This document shows positions 43,604-52,985 of a stretch of DNA of 64,000 nt, piece by piece. Below the pieces are notes generated by a model. It made no database searches, was not told the origin of the DNA, and saw only the letters and a program-made list of their open reading frames with translations. Position numbers and translations under genes: made by a program. Origin of the DNA: a virus (lineage: Duplodnaviria; Caudoviricetes); IMG/VR virus record IMGVR_UViG_3300005841_000939; one strand, given 5' to 3'. Each line of letters starts with the position of its first letter. The first letter of the stretch is position 1.

Positions 43604-44503
43604 TTATTCTTCGTCGGACTTATGTCCAGTTACTTTATGCTTTTCTTTTGAATCTGAACTAATCTTTGATGAAGACAACTTACCTTTGAGTTTTTCTATC
43701 TTTTTCTTCAATTCTTCTTTTTCTTCTGGATCAGTTTCATCGGCAAGCCACTTCTTAAGGCCTTCCAATTCTTTCTTCAAAGCTTCAAGATTTTGTTCGT
43801 TGAACTTTTGAACGCGGCCAGCTTGGAATGACTTCCATGACTTGCGACCTTCCATCATTGGGTCACGTTGCTTTTCACGATCTGCGGCATCTTGTTCTGC
43901 CTTATCGTCTGAATTGCAAACTTCTTCTTCCTTCAATTCAGTATCATCAACTGGTGCTGCATCGTCAGATGGAGCAACATCACCTACTGGTGCATCCAAT
44001 GCTGGATCAGCAACTGGTGCTGCATCAGGAACCATTGCACCTGAAGCGCCTGGGATTGCTGAATCAACTGGTTGAAGAATATTTGCAACATCTTGAATTG
44101 TCATTGTTGCTGGGAAAGTGACAACCATGAATTGGCCACTTTGATCATCATTAACTGATGCATTAAAGATACCATTTTCATTGACTGATTCTGCAATATT
44201 AACATCTGATGGGAGACCCTTCAAATATTTTGTAACGAAATCAGTTGTTGCCAACTTTGCTTGTGGATCAGCGGCAGCACCTTCTGCTGATGCATCTGGT
44301 GTAGTTGCAGGAACTTCTGGTGAAGTAACATCAACTGGTGCTGGTGCATCAGTTGCGGATGGATCTACTACTGGATCTTCCTCTTCTTCTTTTACTTTAA
44401 CGAGTCCCCAACTCTCTTTAAGAATTTGCTTATATGTTGAACGAAGGTCTTTACTGAGCTTGTTGCGCTTTTCGATAAGTTCGTCTCTTTTATTCATATC
44501 CAT
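43604..44503 (-). CDS. acidic Pro/Ala/Asp-rich hypothetical protein
   Basis: 299-aa ORF, TATAAATA at 44538-44545. Confidence 0.65.
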   Translation of the reverse strand: MDMNKRDELIEKRNKLSKDLRSTYKQILKESWGLVKVKEEEEDPVVDPSATDAPAPVDVTSPEVPATTPDASAEGAAADPQAKLATTDFVTKYLKGLPSDVNIAESVNENGIFNASVNDDQSGQFMVVTFPATMTIQDVANILQPVDSAIPGASGAMVPDAAPVADPALDAPVGDVAPSDDAAPVDDTELKEEEVCNSDDKAEQDAADREKQRDPMMEGRKSWKSFQAGRVQKFNEQNLEALKKELEGLKKWLADETDPEEKEELKKKIEKLKGKLSSSKISSDSKEKHKVTGHKSDEE

Positions 44504-44596
44504 CTGAATGACTCCTAAGTAAAATGAATCTGAGATTTATTTATACACTTCTTTGATGTAAAATACTATGAAGCATAAATAAGAGAGTGAGATACC

Positions 44597-45376
44597 ATGG
44601 AAAAAAATAAATTTGAAGAAGGTCTGATCAAACAAGTATCAAGTCTAGCTAACGCTGGTGACGGTAATGATGGTCAAAAGAAAGTATTAGTTAATCAAGC
44701 AATTCAAATAAAAACACAAGATGCAAAATCTTTAAAAGATTTACAAGCTAATTTAAAAAAGTCACAAAGCGTTATCAGTAAGTCAATTAACTTGGTGACT
44801 GACCGTGATACTCGCAATGCGATGCAAAAAACTGTTGCTAATTTAAATAATACGTTGAAACAAAAATCTGATAAAGTTGGTGCTGATATTGACGCTATTA
44901 AGAGCGAAGCCAAAGAAGCGTTGGCTGTTTTGGATGCCCAAAAAACAACTGATCAAGAAGATAATCAAACCAGTACAATAGGGAGTTTTAAAAATACTAT
45001 GTCATTCATGGAAGAAAGCGAAGCCCTATTAGCAGGTAATAATTTACAGAAGATAGAAGATTTCCTTAAATCATCACCTTATTTAATGCTTCAAATATTG
45101 TCAACTGCAATAATGAATAAGCCTGGATTTCCAACTTGGTCATTGGCTGACATTGAATCAAACCCAAGTATTCTTCGTTCACCTGAAATGAAGGTAAAAA
45201 TGCAAAAAGTGGCAAATTCCAACTTTCCTGCATTCTTCAACAGTACTTTTAAGAAAGTTTTTCCGGCCGCTGGAAACAATCCGTCAGCATGGGCAAAACA
45301 ATTCAGCAATGACACCGCAGATTTAAACAACCCAAGAGTCGTTGAACTTCTGCAACGTGTCACAAATGTAAATTAA
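44597..45376 (+). CDS. hypothetical protein
   Basis: 259-aa ORF. Confidence 0.6.
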   Translation: MEKNKFEEGLIKQVSSLANAGDGNDGQKKVLVNQAIQIKTQDAKSLKDLQANLKKSQSVISKSINLVTDRDTRNAMQKTVANLNNTLKQKSDKVGADIDAIKSEAKEALAVLDAQKTTDQEDNQTSTIGSFKNTMSFMEESEALLAGNNLQKIEDFLKSSPYLMLQILSTAIMNKPGFPTWSLADIESNPSILRSPEMKVKMQKVANSNFPAFFNSTFKKVFPAAGNNPSAWAKQFSNDTADLNNPRVVELLQRVTNVN

Positions 45377-45927
45377 ACGTAAGCGTGAACAACTACACCG
45401 TCTGCTACACGCTTTACTTGATCCTCTTCCCATTTAAATCCATGTTTGCGTAATTCTGGCAAAATATGAGATTCATCAATGGTATTTTTACCTTTAAATT
45501 TAAAATATAGTCCAGGTTTTTCATTATTCTTGGCATCACGAACAGGAAAGACTTCTAAAATTTCATCACCTTCAGACAAATTCATAGTACATTCAAACAT
45601 ATGTTCTTTATGAGGTGAATATTTGAGAGGAAAGCCCATCTTTCTAAGAGTAGGACGTACTGAACCCCAATACTTATCAACATCTGTATAGGAACTTGGT
45701 GTTTTTACAATAAAATATTTGCCTTCATGCAAATCTTCTTTCAAATCTTCAGTAACGAATGATGGAGTTTCTACTGATTCTTCCATTTTGAAGATTGATT
45801 TAATACGCTCACCAGCTTTTACAGAAACTTCTTCTTTTTTCTCAACTTGCTTTTGCACGATAACTTTTTCTGGAGGATTGGTTAGTAACCCTTGAATGCG
45901 ATCCCTGTATGTTGGTTTGTTTTCCAT
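45373..45927 (-). CDS. hypothetical protein
   Basis: 184-aa ORF. Confidence 0.6.
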   Translation of the reverse strand: MENKPTYRDRIQGLLTNPPEKVIVQKQVEKKEEVSVKAGERIKSIFKMEESVETPSFVTEDLKEDLHEGKYFIVKTPSSYTDVDKYWGSVRPTLRKMGFPLKYSPHKEHMFECTMNLSEGDEILEVFPVRDAKNNEKPGLYFKFKGKNTIDESHILPELRKHGFKWEEDQVKRVADGVVVHAYV

Positions 45928-46234
45928 ATTTTTCCTTTAGTTTCTCAAGTCGTCGCAATGAATATATTACATTTGGTGTTTTTGTACGATAAAGCTCAAC
46001 CCATTCATTTATCTTATATGAGTTTAATATCTTTTCTAATGTATTAAATCTTTCTCGTAATTGCTGATTTGTAAAACACTTGTGAATAATTACATGACAT
46101 GTTTGACAAATATAAATTGTCGGTTCACTCTTTTCTTCACCCTTATAAGATGGTAAAAGATGATGCCATGTCATATATTGTTTGCTATGGTTTCTGCCGC
46201 ATATTGGACAGACATACATATCATCCAGGCTCAT
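45842..46234 (-). CDS. HNH-like Zn-binding protein
   Basis: CPICGR...TWHHLLP...ICQTCHVIIH. Confidence 0.65.
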   Translation of the reverse strand: MSLDDMYVCPICGRNHSKQYMTWHHLLPSYKGEEKSEPTIYICQTCHVIIHKCFTNQQLRERFNTLEKILNSYKINEWVELYRTKTPNVIYSLRRLEKLKEKYGKQTNIQGSHSRVTNQSSRKSYRAKAS

Positions 46235-46272
46235 TCAGTCATATTTTAGTTATCCACCCTTCATACTCTTAT

Positions 46273-46788
46273 TTATTCGTTTTCTCTTTTTGGAATAAGT
46301 GTATATGAAATGAATTCAGTCCATGGACCATCGTTTTGTTGTGAAATCCAATCCTTACTATCAAAGAATGGAAAAACAGTATCACCTACTACATTCATAT
46401 TCATAACATTTAGATACATGCGATCAACCAATCCACGACGTAATGCCTCTTCATAGATTTGAGTTCCACCAATAATAAATGCTTCAAGTACTTGAGTGTC
46501 ATCAATTGCATCAATGGCTTGTTCTAAAGATGAAACGAAAATTGGACCATCTTTATTATCTGATCCCAAACCATGCAATTGAGGATCTCTTGTAACAACT
46601 ATATTAAATCTATCCTTTAATGGGCGATTACGTAATGATTCCCAAGTTTTTCGGCCCATGATAACAGGATGCCCGATTGTCTTTTGTTTAAAATAGTCCA
46701 TATCTTGCTTGCTTTTCCAAGGTATTACTCCTTGGTTGCCAATAACACGATTTTGTGACATTGCTGCGATAAGTGAAATAGTTAACAT
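46273..46788 (-). CDS. folA: dihydrofolate reductase
   Basis: IAAMSQNRVIGNQGVIPW...DMDYF...VIMGRKTWES...PLKDR...IIGGTQIY...GDTVFP. Confidence 0.95.
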   Translation of the reverse strand: MLTISLIAAMSQNRVIGNQGVIPWKSKQDMDYFKQKTIGHPVIMGRKTWESLRNRPLKDRFNIVVTRDPQLHGLGSDNKDGPIFVSSLEQAIDAIDDTQVLEAFIIGGTQIYEEALRRGLVDRMYLNVMNMNVVGDTVFPFFDSKDWISQQNDGPWTEFISYTLIPKRENE

Positions 46789-46795
46789 AATTTTC

Positions 46796-47506
46796 CTATG
46801 GTAATGGTAATCCTAAAAATTTATATGCTTCGTCTCTTGCAACCATCAATTCATTTGTCTTTTCAATAGACCCACCTCTATCAGGGTGACGAATCATGAT
46901 TTGCTTTCTAAAGTTTCTTTTGATCAATTCTTCATTAATTGGTTCATATAATCCAAAGCCAAGAATTTCGCGCCATTTAATTTCAGTAGATGGTGCTGGT
47001 GGAGGTGGTGGCCGTTGTTGATATTGTTTGGCGCGCTCTTTAGCTTCTTCTTGATTAAGCTTTTCGTTTTCTTTACGAACTTTTTCATGCCATTCATTCC
47101 ATTTACGGCGATCTTCATCTTCTTGCTTCTTTTTACGTTCCTCACGTTTATTTTTATGTTCTTCTTCTAAATCATTTACAGCTTTTTTGAAGATGTCATC
47201 AATTGATCCCCAATCAACATGATTTGAAATAGATACCTGACGTTGATTTGCAAACGGATCAGCAACTTGCTCAACATTTTTTGTATCGGACACAACTGAA
47301 AATGTAAAATCATTTCCCAATTTCTTTTGAATATCACCAACAATCAAATTGGCAATGAAGATGCAAGTAGTTTTATCAAAATATGGATCACCTAAACGGC
47401 GAAACAATTGTGGATTCCTTATTCTTGTATCTTGCCAATATTGATAAACATCGTGCCAAGAAACAGAAAATCCTTTAACAAAAAATACTTGAGATTGATC
47501 AATCAC
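46796..47506 (-). CDS. protein with a C-terminal J-domain (DnaJ-like)
   Basis: WREILG...IKRNFRK...HPDRGG...AY. Confidence 0.75.
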   Translation of the reverse strand: MIDQSQVFFVKGFSVSWHDVYQYWQDTRIRNPQLFRRLGDPYFDKTTCIFIANLIVGDIQKKLGNDFTFSVVSDTKNVEQVADPFANQRQVSISNHVDWGSIDDIFKKAVNDLEEEHKNKREERKKKQEDEDRRKWNEWHEKVRKENEKLNQEEAKERAKQYQQRPPPPPAPSTEIKWREILGFGLYEPINEELIKRNFRKQIMIRHPDRGGSIEKTNELMVARDEAYKFLGLPLP

Positions 47507-47757
47507 TTTATCTTAACTGTATATTGAAATTCATTTTGACTTACTGTTGACTCTGCAATTATTTTATTTGCAAAATCATCAACATCCAATGGTGAAAATT
47601 TATAGACTTTCATTGCTGAAGCCAATTCTTGAATACGTGCTAATTTGGTTGTGTAATCTCTTGTAGCTTTTGTTTGAAACAAAATCAAATCATACGCCAC
47701 AAGAGACAACCCAATACATATTAAAGCTGTAAATATCCATTGAAAAACATTCTTCAT
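47503..47757 (-). CDS. small membrane protein
   Basis: N-terminal hydrophobic helix. Confidence 0.5.
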   Translation of the reverse strand: MKNVFQWIFTALICIGLSLVAYDLILFQTKATRDYTTKLARIQELASAMKVYKFSPLDVDDFANKIIAESTVSQNEFQYTVKIK

Positions 47758-47996
47758 TTTACTTCCTTAAAACGAGGTACTTTATTTCCCTCAAATTCAA
47801 CTAATTCCGTCCATGTGCTGATAAGCCGCAAATTCCATTTGTCGCTTATTTCTTCATCTTTACCTGGTTTACTAATTCTTTTGTAAACAACATATTTGTC
47901 CATAGTTTCAACATCTTCTGCAAAATTAATAATCTCTACCCAATGCCCATTTCTAAAATTTTCCCATTTTGTACCAATCTTTAGAGGTTTGTACAA
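47754..47996 (-). CDS. small hypothetical protein
   Basis: 80-aa ORF; start uncertain. Confidence 0.45.
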   Translation of the reverse strand: MYKPLKIGTKWENFRNGHWVEIINFAEDVETMDKYVVYKRISKPGKDEEISDKWNLRLISTWTELVEFEGNKVPRFKEVK

Positions 47997-47998
47997 GA

Positions 47999-48247
47999 TT
48001 AATTAACCTCCCTAATGAAGTTATTTGAAATTGAAATATGGTCGTATGGATATACATCAAAATCTGATGACAACGGTGCTGTCTTATCAATGCGAACAAT
48101 GTAATAGGTAAAAATATGTTCCATTGCAATACCTTCAATACTACCAGGATACCATTTACCTTCGTATTGAAATTCTATTTTCAAACCAGGTTTAAATTTG
48201 GTTGCATAGTAATCTGTTAAGTCTTGTTTTGTTTGTGTCATAGCCAA
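47999..48247 (-). CDS. small hypothetical protein
   Basis: 82-aa ORF. Confidence 0.45.
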   Translation of the reverse strand: MAMTQTKQDLTDYYATKFKPGLKIEFQYEGKWYPGSIEGIAMEHIFTYYIVRIDKTAPLSSDFDVYPYDHISISNNFIREVN

Positions 48248-48267
48248 TTTATTCTAATTGATAAAAC

Positions 48268-48306
48268 AAAAAAATAAAGAGTGTGGAATGAACCACACTC
48301 TTTATT
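48268..48306 (-). terminator. rho-independent terminator after the SPFH gene
   Basis: ATAAAGAGTGTGG/CCACACTCTTTAT stem followed by a U run. Confidence 0.8.
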
Positions 48307-48326
48307 CAGACTGACTTTAAAGAATA

Positions 48327-49640
48327 TTACTTCTTTTCAGGAGTCGTAATCGTCATGTCAAGAGACAAGTCCTTTGCAGTCTTGACCATCAACATTTGCA
48401 TCAGAGCTTGAGCCTCCGAATCAGCAGTCCCACCAGTGCCTGATCCACCACCAGCCATCCAAATATTCGGGACCCTCTTTTGTGCGATAGCATCGGCATA
48501 TACCTTTTGCACAGCAACATATGCTTCAAGCTTTTGAGTCAAAGCACCGTCAGCACCTAACACCAATCGCTTTCTTTCAGCTTCACCAGTACCAATTTCA
48601 ATTTCTCTCTGCTTTTGGAGCTTCGCAGCATCCAATTCAAGTGCTGCAACTTCTTTTACCTGTTCAGCAAGAACAAGTGCTTGCTCCTTGGTTTTTGTGG
48701 CGACAGTTACCAACTTTTCAGCATTGATGGTTGCAACCGAAGCTTCTTGTTGAGCACGCACTTCCGCTTGAATTTTTTCTTGTTCTTTTTCGTACTTGGC
48801 CTTCATCACGTTGGCTTTACCAGTTTCTTCAGCAGTGATTGAGTCCTGTTGAGCACGCAAAGCATTTGCCTTTGCAGTTTGAACTGACATAATGGCTTCT
48901 TGCTGAGTTTTGATCTGCGCTTGAACGCGATCCTCATACTCAAAAGCCTTGACTTCAAAGTTTGAAAGATGGATACCCAATCCTTCAATTGGATTCTTTT
49001 CACGCTTTGCAACGCCACGCTCATCAACCATGATTTCTTTGACAACACGATTCACCATTTGACCAGTGATCGGATCAGCATCTTTGACTTGTACGTCCTT
49101 GGTGACATACAAACCATTTTCAATTTGATCCCAAGCGAGACGGAAGAAGTCTGAACGCTTATCCGAATATGATTCCTTGGCAGTCATAAAGTTAGCTGAC
49201 ATGATCAGCGCCTTACGAACAATCGGAAGAATCAGTTTATATTCAAGATCATCGTAAGTCTTGAAACCATGTACCGTGATCAGTTCAATTGCTTCTTTTT
49301 CAGATTTTGGCAAGTCAACACGACAGGTACCAGAAATGTGACAGACGGAACCGTCATTGAAACGAACTTCTACACTTGCATCAATCTTCTTGTCCTTTTC
49401 ATTTATTCCACCTTCTGAATCCTTGGTGAAATAGAATGTTTCTGAAACAGGAAATACGCTTACAGCGCCAAATCCTTGAAAATACATACCTGGACGCATG
49501 TATGCGGTCATTTCACCTGATCCAAGAGCCTGTTTGACGTGATAAGAACCACGATCAACTGTCTCAAATAATGATGGGAATGATACTGCAACTGCCAACA
49601 AGACAATTGCGATGAGGATATAACTGAATCTGATTTCCAT
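48327..49640 (-). CDS. SPFH/Band 7 domain membrane protein
   Basis: N-terminal TM helix, SPFH-like core, long Ala/Glu/Lys coiled coil; start placed at MEIRF (49640). Confidence 0.7.
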   Translation of the reverse strand: MEIRFSYILIAIVLLAVAVSFPSLFETVDRGSYHVKQALGSGEMTAYMRPGMYFQGFGAVSVFPVSETFYFTKDSEGGINEKDKKIDASVEVRFNDGSVCHISGTCRVDLPKSEKEAIELITVHGFKTYDDLEYKLILPIVRKALIMSANFMTAKESYSDKRSDFFRLAWDQIENGLYVTKDVQVKDADPITGQMVNRVVKEIMVDERGVAKREKNPIEGLGIHLSNFEVKAFEYEDRVQAQIKTQQEAIMSVQTAKANALRAQQDSITAEETGKANVMKAKYEKEQEKIQAEVRAQQEASVATINAEKLVTVATKTKEQALVLAEQVKEVAALELDAAKLQKQREIEIGTGEAERKRLVLGADGALTQKLEAYVAVQKVYADAIAQKRVPNIWMAGGGSGTGGTADSEAQALMQMLMVKTAKDLSLDMTITTPEKK

Positions 49641-49641
49641 G

Positions 49642-49875
49642 TTACTTTTGTTCTTTCTGTTTTTGAAGGGCTTCATCAGCCTGTTTGATTTCTTCGTTGA
49701 GTTGTTTCTTTTTAGTGAGAATTTCAAGTTCTTTACGCTTGGATTCTGCTTCTTGTTCTAGCACACCGATTTCTTTTTCAACTGCTTTAATTTGAGGTTT
49801 ATGAGAAATCTTGAGTGCCAAAGCAATCACAGCGATTGCTAAAAACACGATAATAACGAATAGGAATGCTACCAT
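49642..49875 (-). CDS. small membrane-anchored coiled-coil protein
   Basis: TM helix followed by a charged helix; immediately upstream of the SPFH gene. Confidence 0.6.
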   Translation of the reverse strand: MVAFLFVIIVFLAIAVIALALKISHKPQIKAVEKEIGVLEQEAESKRKELEILTKKKQLNEEIKQADEALQKQKEQK

Positions 49876-49938
49876 GTTGGATCCTTACTTATGAGGAATC
49901 CAATAATAGCGTCTGAAAATCAATGTTCAATAATAACT

Positions 49939-51069
49939 TTATTGAAAATGTAGGTACTTATTGACCGCTGATATAACATCAGAGGTTTTTATCATATCCA
50001 TACATTTAGGAATAATTGCATTACCTTCTGTTTGAATAGGGAAGGAACACAATGACTTATCCTTGTGATCATTATCACCTCTAGCAACAATTCGGCTCTT
50101 CCAACATCCACCGGTTTCACAGCATTTTAATGACCCAATAGTGTGAAGAAATTGATGACCAGGATATTCTTCCCATTGTACAGGTTCTCTGCCACCAGCA
50201 ATAACTACACAAGGACGTAATTTAGGTCTTCCTGGTTTGGTTTCTACAGCAGCAGCCAAGTGCATTAAAAATGTTACACCACAAATTACACCGTCAGCAT
50301 GATACATTAATCGTACCATTTGACGAAGATCAGTTTTACCAACCAAGTTGATTACACCTTTTAATGGTGGATGATTATGATTACCCTCACCAACTTGCAC
50401 AAACTGAATTACACCTTTGAAATGATCAACAACTTCTTGGAATCTACCTGGATGCCACCATTTTGTTGTGAAATCATATTTCCCACCCGAAACAATTAAC
50501 CAATATCTTGTATCAGTTTTTGTTACTTCTTGAACTTGAGAAATCCATGATTTTTCAGCAGCAGACAAATGAATATCACCTTTAAATGCAGATGGCGGTA
50601 TTTTTGTATCTAAATGATTTTCTAGGTCCATCCGATAACCATGAATAAAATGGTATGGAAGTTGATTTGATTGATTAATCAATGGATAATTCATATTTAA
50701 AATACGAACTTCAGGATCTTTTTCATCAAGCTTTGTGATGTATGGATTATTATCCCACAGCGATCCGCAACTTGTTCTTACATCAGTTAAAAATGCTTTT
50801 GGATATGCTTTATGCAAATCTCTAACAGCAGCAGTCAATGTAACAATATCACCAGGTGACAATGAAGATTTTAAAATTAATTTTTGTGGTTTAGGGGAAA
50901 AGACTGTTTCAATTGGTGATGCCGATATATCTACAGTATTTGATTGAAAAATGTTAAAAACAGGTTTACCATTTAAAGTCAATTCATTCCATTTTGGTTT
51001 ATCACCTGATAATGAAACTACCTCAATATTATTAGGTTGATCTGTAGGTTCTATTTCCATTTCATCCAT
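49939..51069 (-). CDS. glycosyltransferase, family 9 (heptosyltransferase)-like
   Basis: SPGDIVTLTAAVRDL, W....F.EVV, NLVGKTDLRQ, ADGVICGVTFLMHLAAA. Confidence 0.75.
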   Translation of the reverse strand: MDEMEIEPTDQPNNIEVVSLSGDKPKWNELTLNGKPVFNIFQSNTVDISASPIETVFSPKPQKLILKSSLSPGDIVTLTAAVRDLHKAYPKAFLTDVRTSCGSLWDNNPYITKLDEKDPEVRILNMNYPLINQSNQLPYHFIHGYRMDLENHLDTKIPPSAFKGDIHLSAAEKSWISQVQEVTKTDTRYWLIVSGGKYDFTTKWWHPGRFQEVVDHFKGVIQFVQVGEGNHNHPPLKGVINLVGKTDLRQMVRLMYHADGVICGVTFLMHLAAAVETKPGRPKLRPCVVIAGGREPVQWEEYPGHQFLHTIGSLKCCETGGCWKSRIVARGDNDHKDKSLCSFPIQTEGNAIIPKCMDMIKTSDVISAVNKYLHFQ

Positions 51070-51070
51070 T

Positions 51071-52288
51071 TTATATCAATTTCTTTATATTATCAATCAC
51101 AAATTCACCTAAAATAGGGCGTGTTGGACTCAAAACGTGTTTATATTCTAATGATTCTTTTTTAAAGAAAGAGCCAGGTCGTTTATCTAATCCCCTATCA
51201 TAAATATTTTTACTAATGATATGAATACTTTCATCTTTAGGTTCATCATACCAAGAAGGTAAATGTTCAATCCAAATACCAATAGTTGGATGTGTATTGC
51301 AAGCCATACTTAAATGATAAGGTCCAGTTGGAACACCTATTGTTAAATTTGCTCTACGTATTAATGTTTGAATGATCATCCCAAAAGGTAAAAAAGATAA
51401 ATCAGGAGTACCAAAAACATCAGCATATGAATAACAATGATGTTCTAAATTCTTTACTGTATTTTTTTCAGTAAAATGTCTATCTTCCATAACTAAGAAA
51501 ATCCATTTATCATCATGTTCTTTTAGAAGCTTGATAAAATCACGAACTTCTTCACCTTCATGACGTTTTTCTTCAACTAAATCTTCTCTAAATTCATGCC
51601 CCCAATTTTTACCAATAGCAGTGTAACCTACACGACTAATGATGCATAATTTCTTTTTTGCATCTAAACCTATTTTATTTTGCAAACGTGATTCTATCAT
51701 CGCATCAAGTGGAGTTGGTGCTAAAGAAATATATGTTTGTAAACTAGAAAAAATAGTCTTATCTTCTTTTTTATAATCTGTCAAAAACTTTAAAAGATTT
51801 CTACCTTTTGTATGAAATGGAAATTCTGAATTTCCATGGGTTTCTGGAAACCATGACCACAACATATGTCTAATATTATTTTTCTTACAAACTTCATATA
51901 GAGATATTGGCAATTTTAAGGGCTTCAATGTTCCATCAACAGTATGATATTCCAAACTGAAATGTTTGCAGCCATATTTTCCACCATCTGAACAATGTGT
52001 GCTGTTATAACCTGTTTTTATTGTTTTAACTTTGTCAGTTCCATCATGAATATACACATTATCATCACCAAAACGTGTTATCCAATATGTATTTGATTTT
52101 TCTAAAAGAGGTAAAATATAACTAACAAAGATTTGATCACCAAATCCATGCGGCCAATAAATCAAAATGTTTTGATTTTTTAAATTCTTAAAATCGCCAC
52201 GATCATGTGAATGGACATACATTTCCCATTCCTCAGTAGCGAAATTAAAAGATTTTGAAAAATATTCAATCTCTTCGCGTGTACTCAC
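51071..52288 (-). CDS. second GT-B glycosyltransferase-like protein
   Basis: PHGFGDQIF; LIRRANLTIGVPTGPYHLS. Confidence 0.55.
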   Translation of the reverse strand: MSTREEIEYFSKSFNFATEEWEMYVHSHDRGDFKNLKNQNILIYWPHGFGDQIFVSYILPLLEKSNTYWITRFGDDNVYIHDGTDKVKTIKTGYNSTHCSDGGKYGCKHFSLEYHTVDGTLKPLKLPISLYEVCKKNNIRHMLWSWFPETHGNSEFPFHTKGRNLLKFLTDYKKEDKTIFSSLQTYISLAPTPLDAMIESRLQNKIGLDAKKKLCIISRVGYTAIGKNWGHEFREDLVEEKRHEGEEVRDFIKLLKEHDDKWIFLVMEDRHFTEKNTVKNLEHHCYSYADVFGTPDLSFLPFGMIIQTLIRRANLTIGVPTGPYHLSMACNTHPTIGIWIEHLPSWYDEPKDESIHIISKNIYDRGLDKRPGSFFKKESLEYKHVLSPTRPILGEFVIDNIKKLI

Positions 52289-52297
52289 TCATAGATT

Positions 52298-52984
52298 TTA
52301 CGAATCTTCTGGTGGATTTATTATAGGAGCAGCATCCAAATCACAAACTAAACCATATGTGCCAACATTAACTGTTCTTGTAGCACTTGATCCTGTAATT
52401 AACCAATCCGTTGTTGGACTATCAACTGTTTGAGCAATTGAAACGATTCTCCATGATGGAGATGGGACATAATTTCCATACCAATCAAATCCACCATCGT
52501 TTTGTGCAGTATAAAAGTATGCACATCCCGTTTGCACACAGCAACTAGTAATGTCTGGACGATAAATCATTCCATATTCTGTTCTATATCCTACTAATGT
52601 TGGATATGTTGGTTTTACTAATTGAACATATCCAGGTACAGTTTCACTCAACCACAATTTAACACCCATTTGTCCTGGAAGAGTTGAATTATTTTCTTGA
52701 ACAACTCCACCAATTTGATTGAAATATGATTTAGCAAATGGAAAACGATATGACATCGGGCATGGTTCACATTTTAACCAAAAATGTCTATCATCTACAA
52801 TGGACCACACAACACCAATAACTTGTGATGGTTTAAAATCACTAGCATAAGCTAATTTGTATTGACCAGATTCGTGCATATACAAAATTTGACCAGGAAC
52901 AAAATTTACAGGATAATCATGTTCAATCAACTTAGGATCATGATGAATATGAGAAATAGTTTTATCGCGTTGATGAATTGTCAT
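52298..52984 (-). CDS. hypothetical protein, paralogue of the N-terminus of 52986-56771
   Basis: RDKTISHIHHDPKLI...LWLSETVPG...VGYRTEYGMIYRPD...CC. Confidence 0.7.
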   Translation of the reverse strand: MTIHQRDKTISHIHHDPKLIEHDYPVNFVPGQILYMHESGQYKLAYASDFKPSQVIGVVWSIVDDRHFWLKCEPCPMSYRFPFAKSYFNQIGGVVQENNSTLPGQMGVKLWLSETVPGYVQLVKPTYPTLVGYRTEYGMIYRPDITSCCVQTGCAYFYTAQNDGGFDWYGNYVPSPSWRIVSIAQTVDSPTTDWLITGSSATRTVNVGTYGLVCDLDAAPIINPPEDS

Positions 52985-52985
52985 A

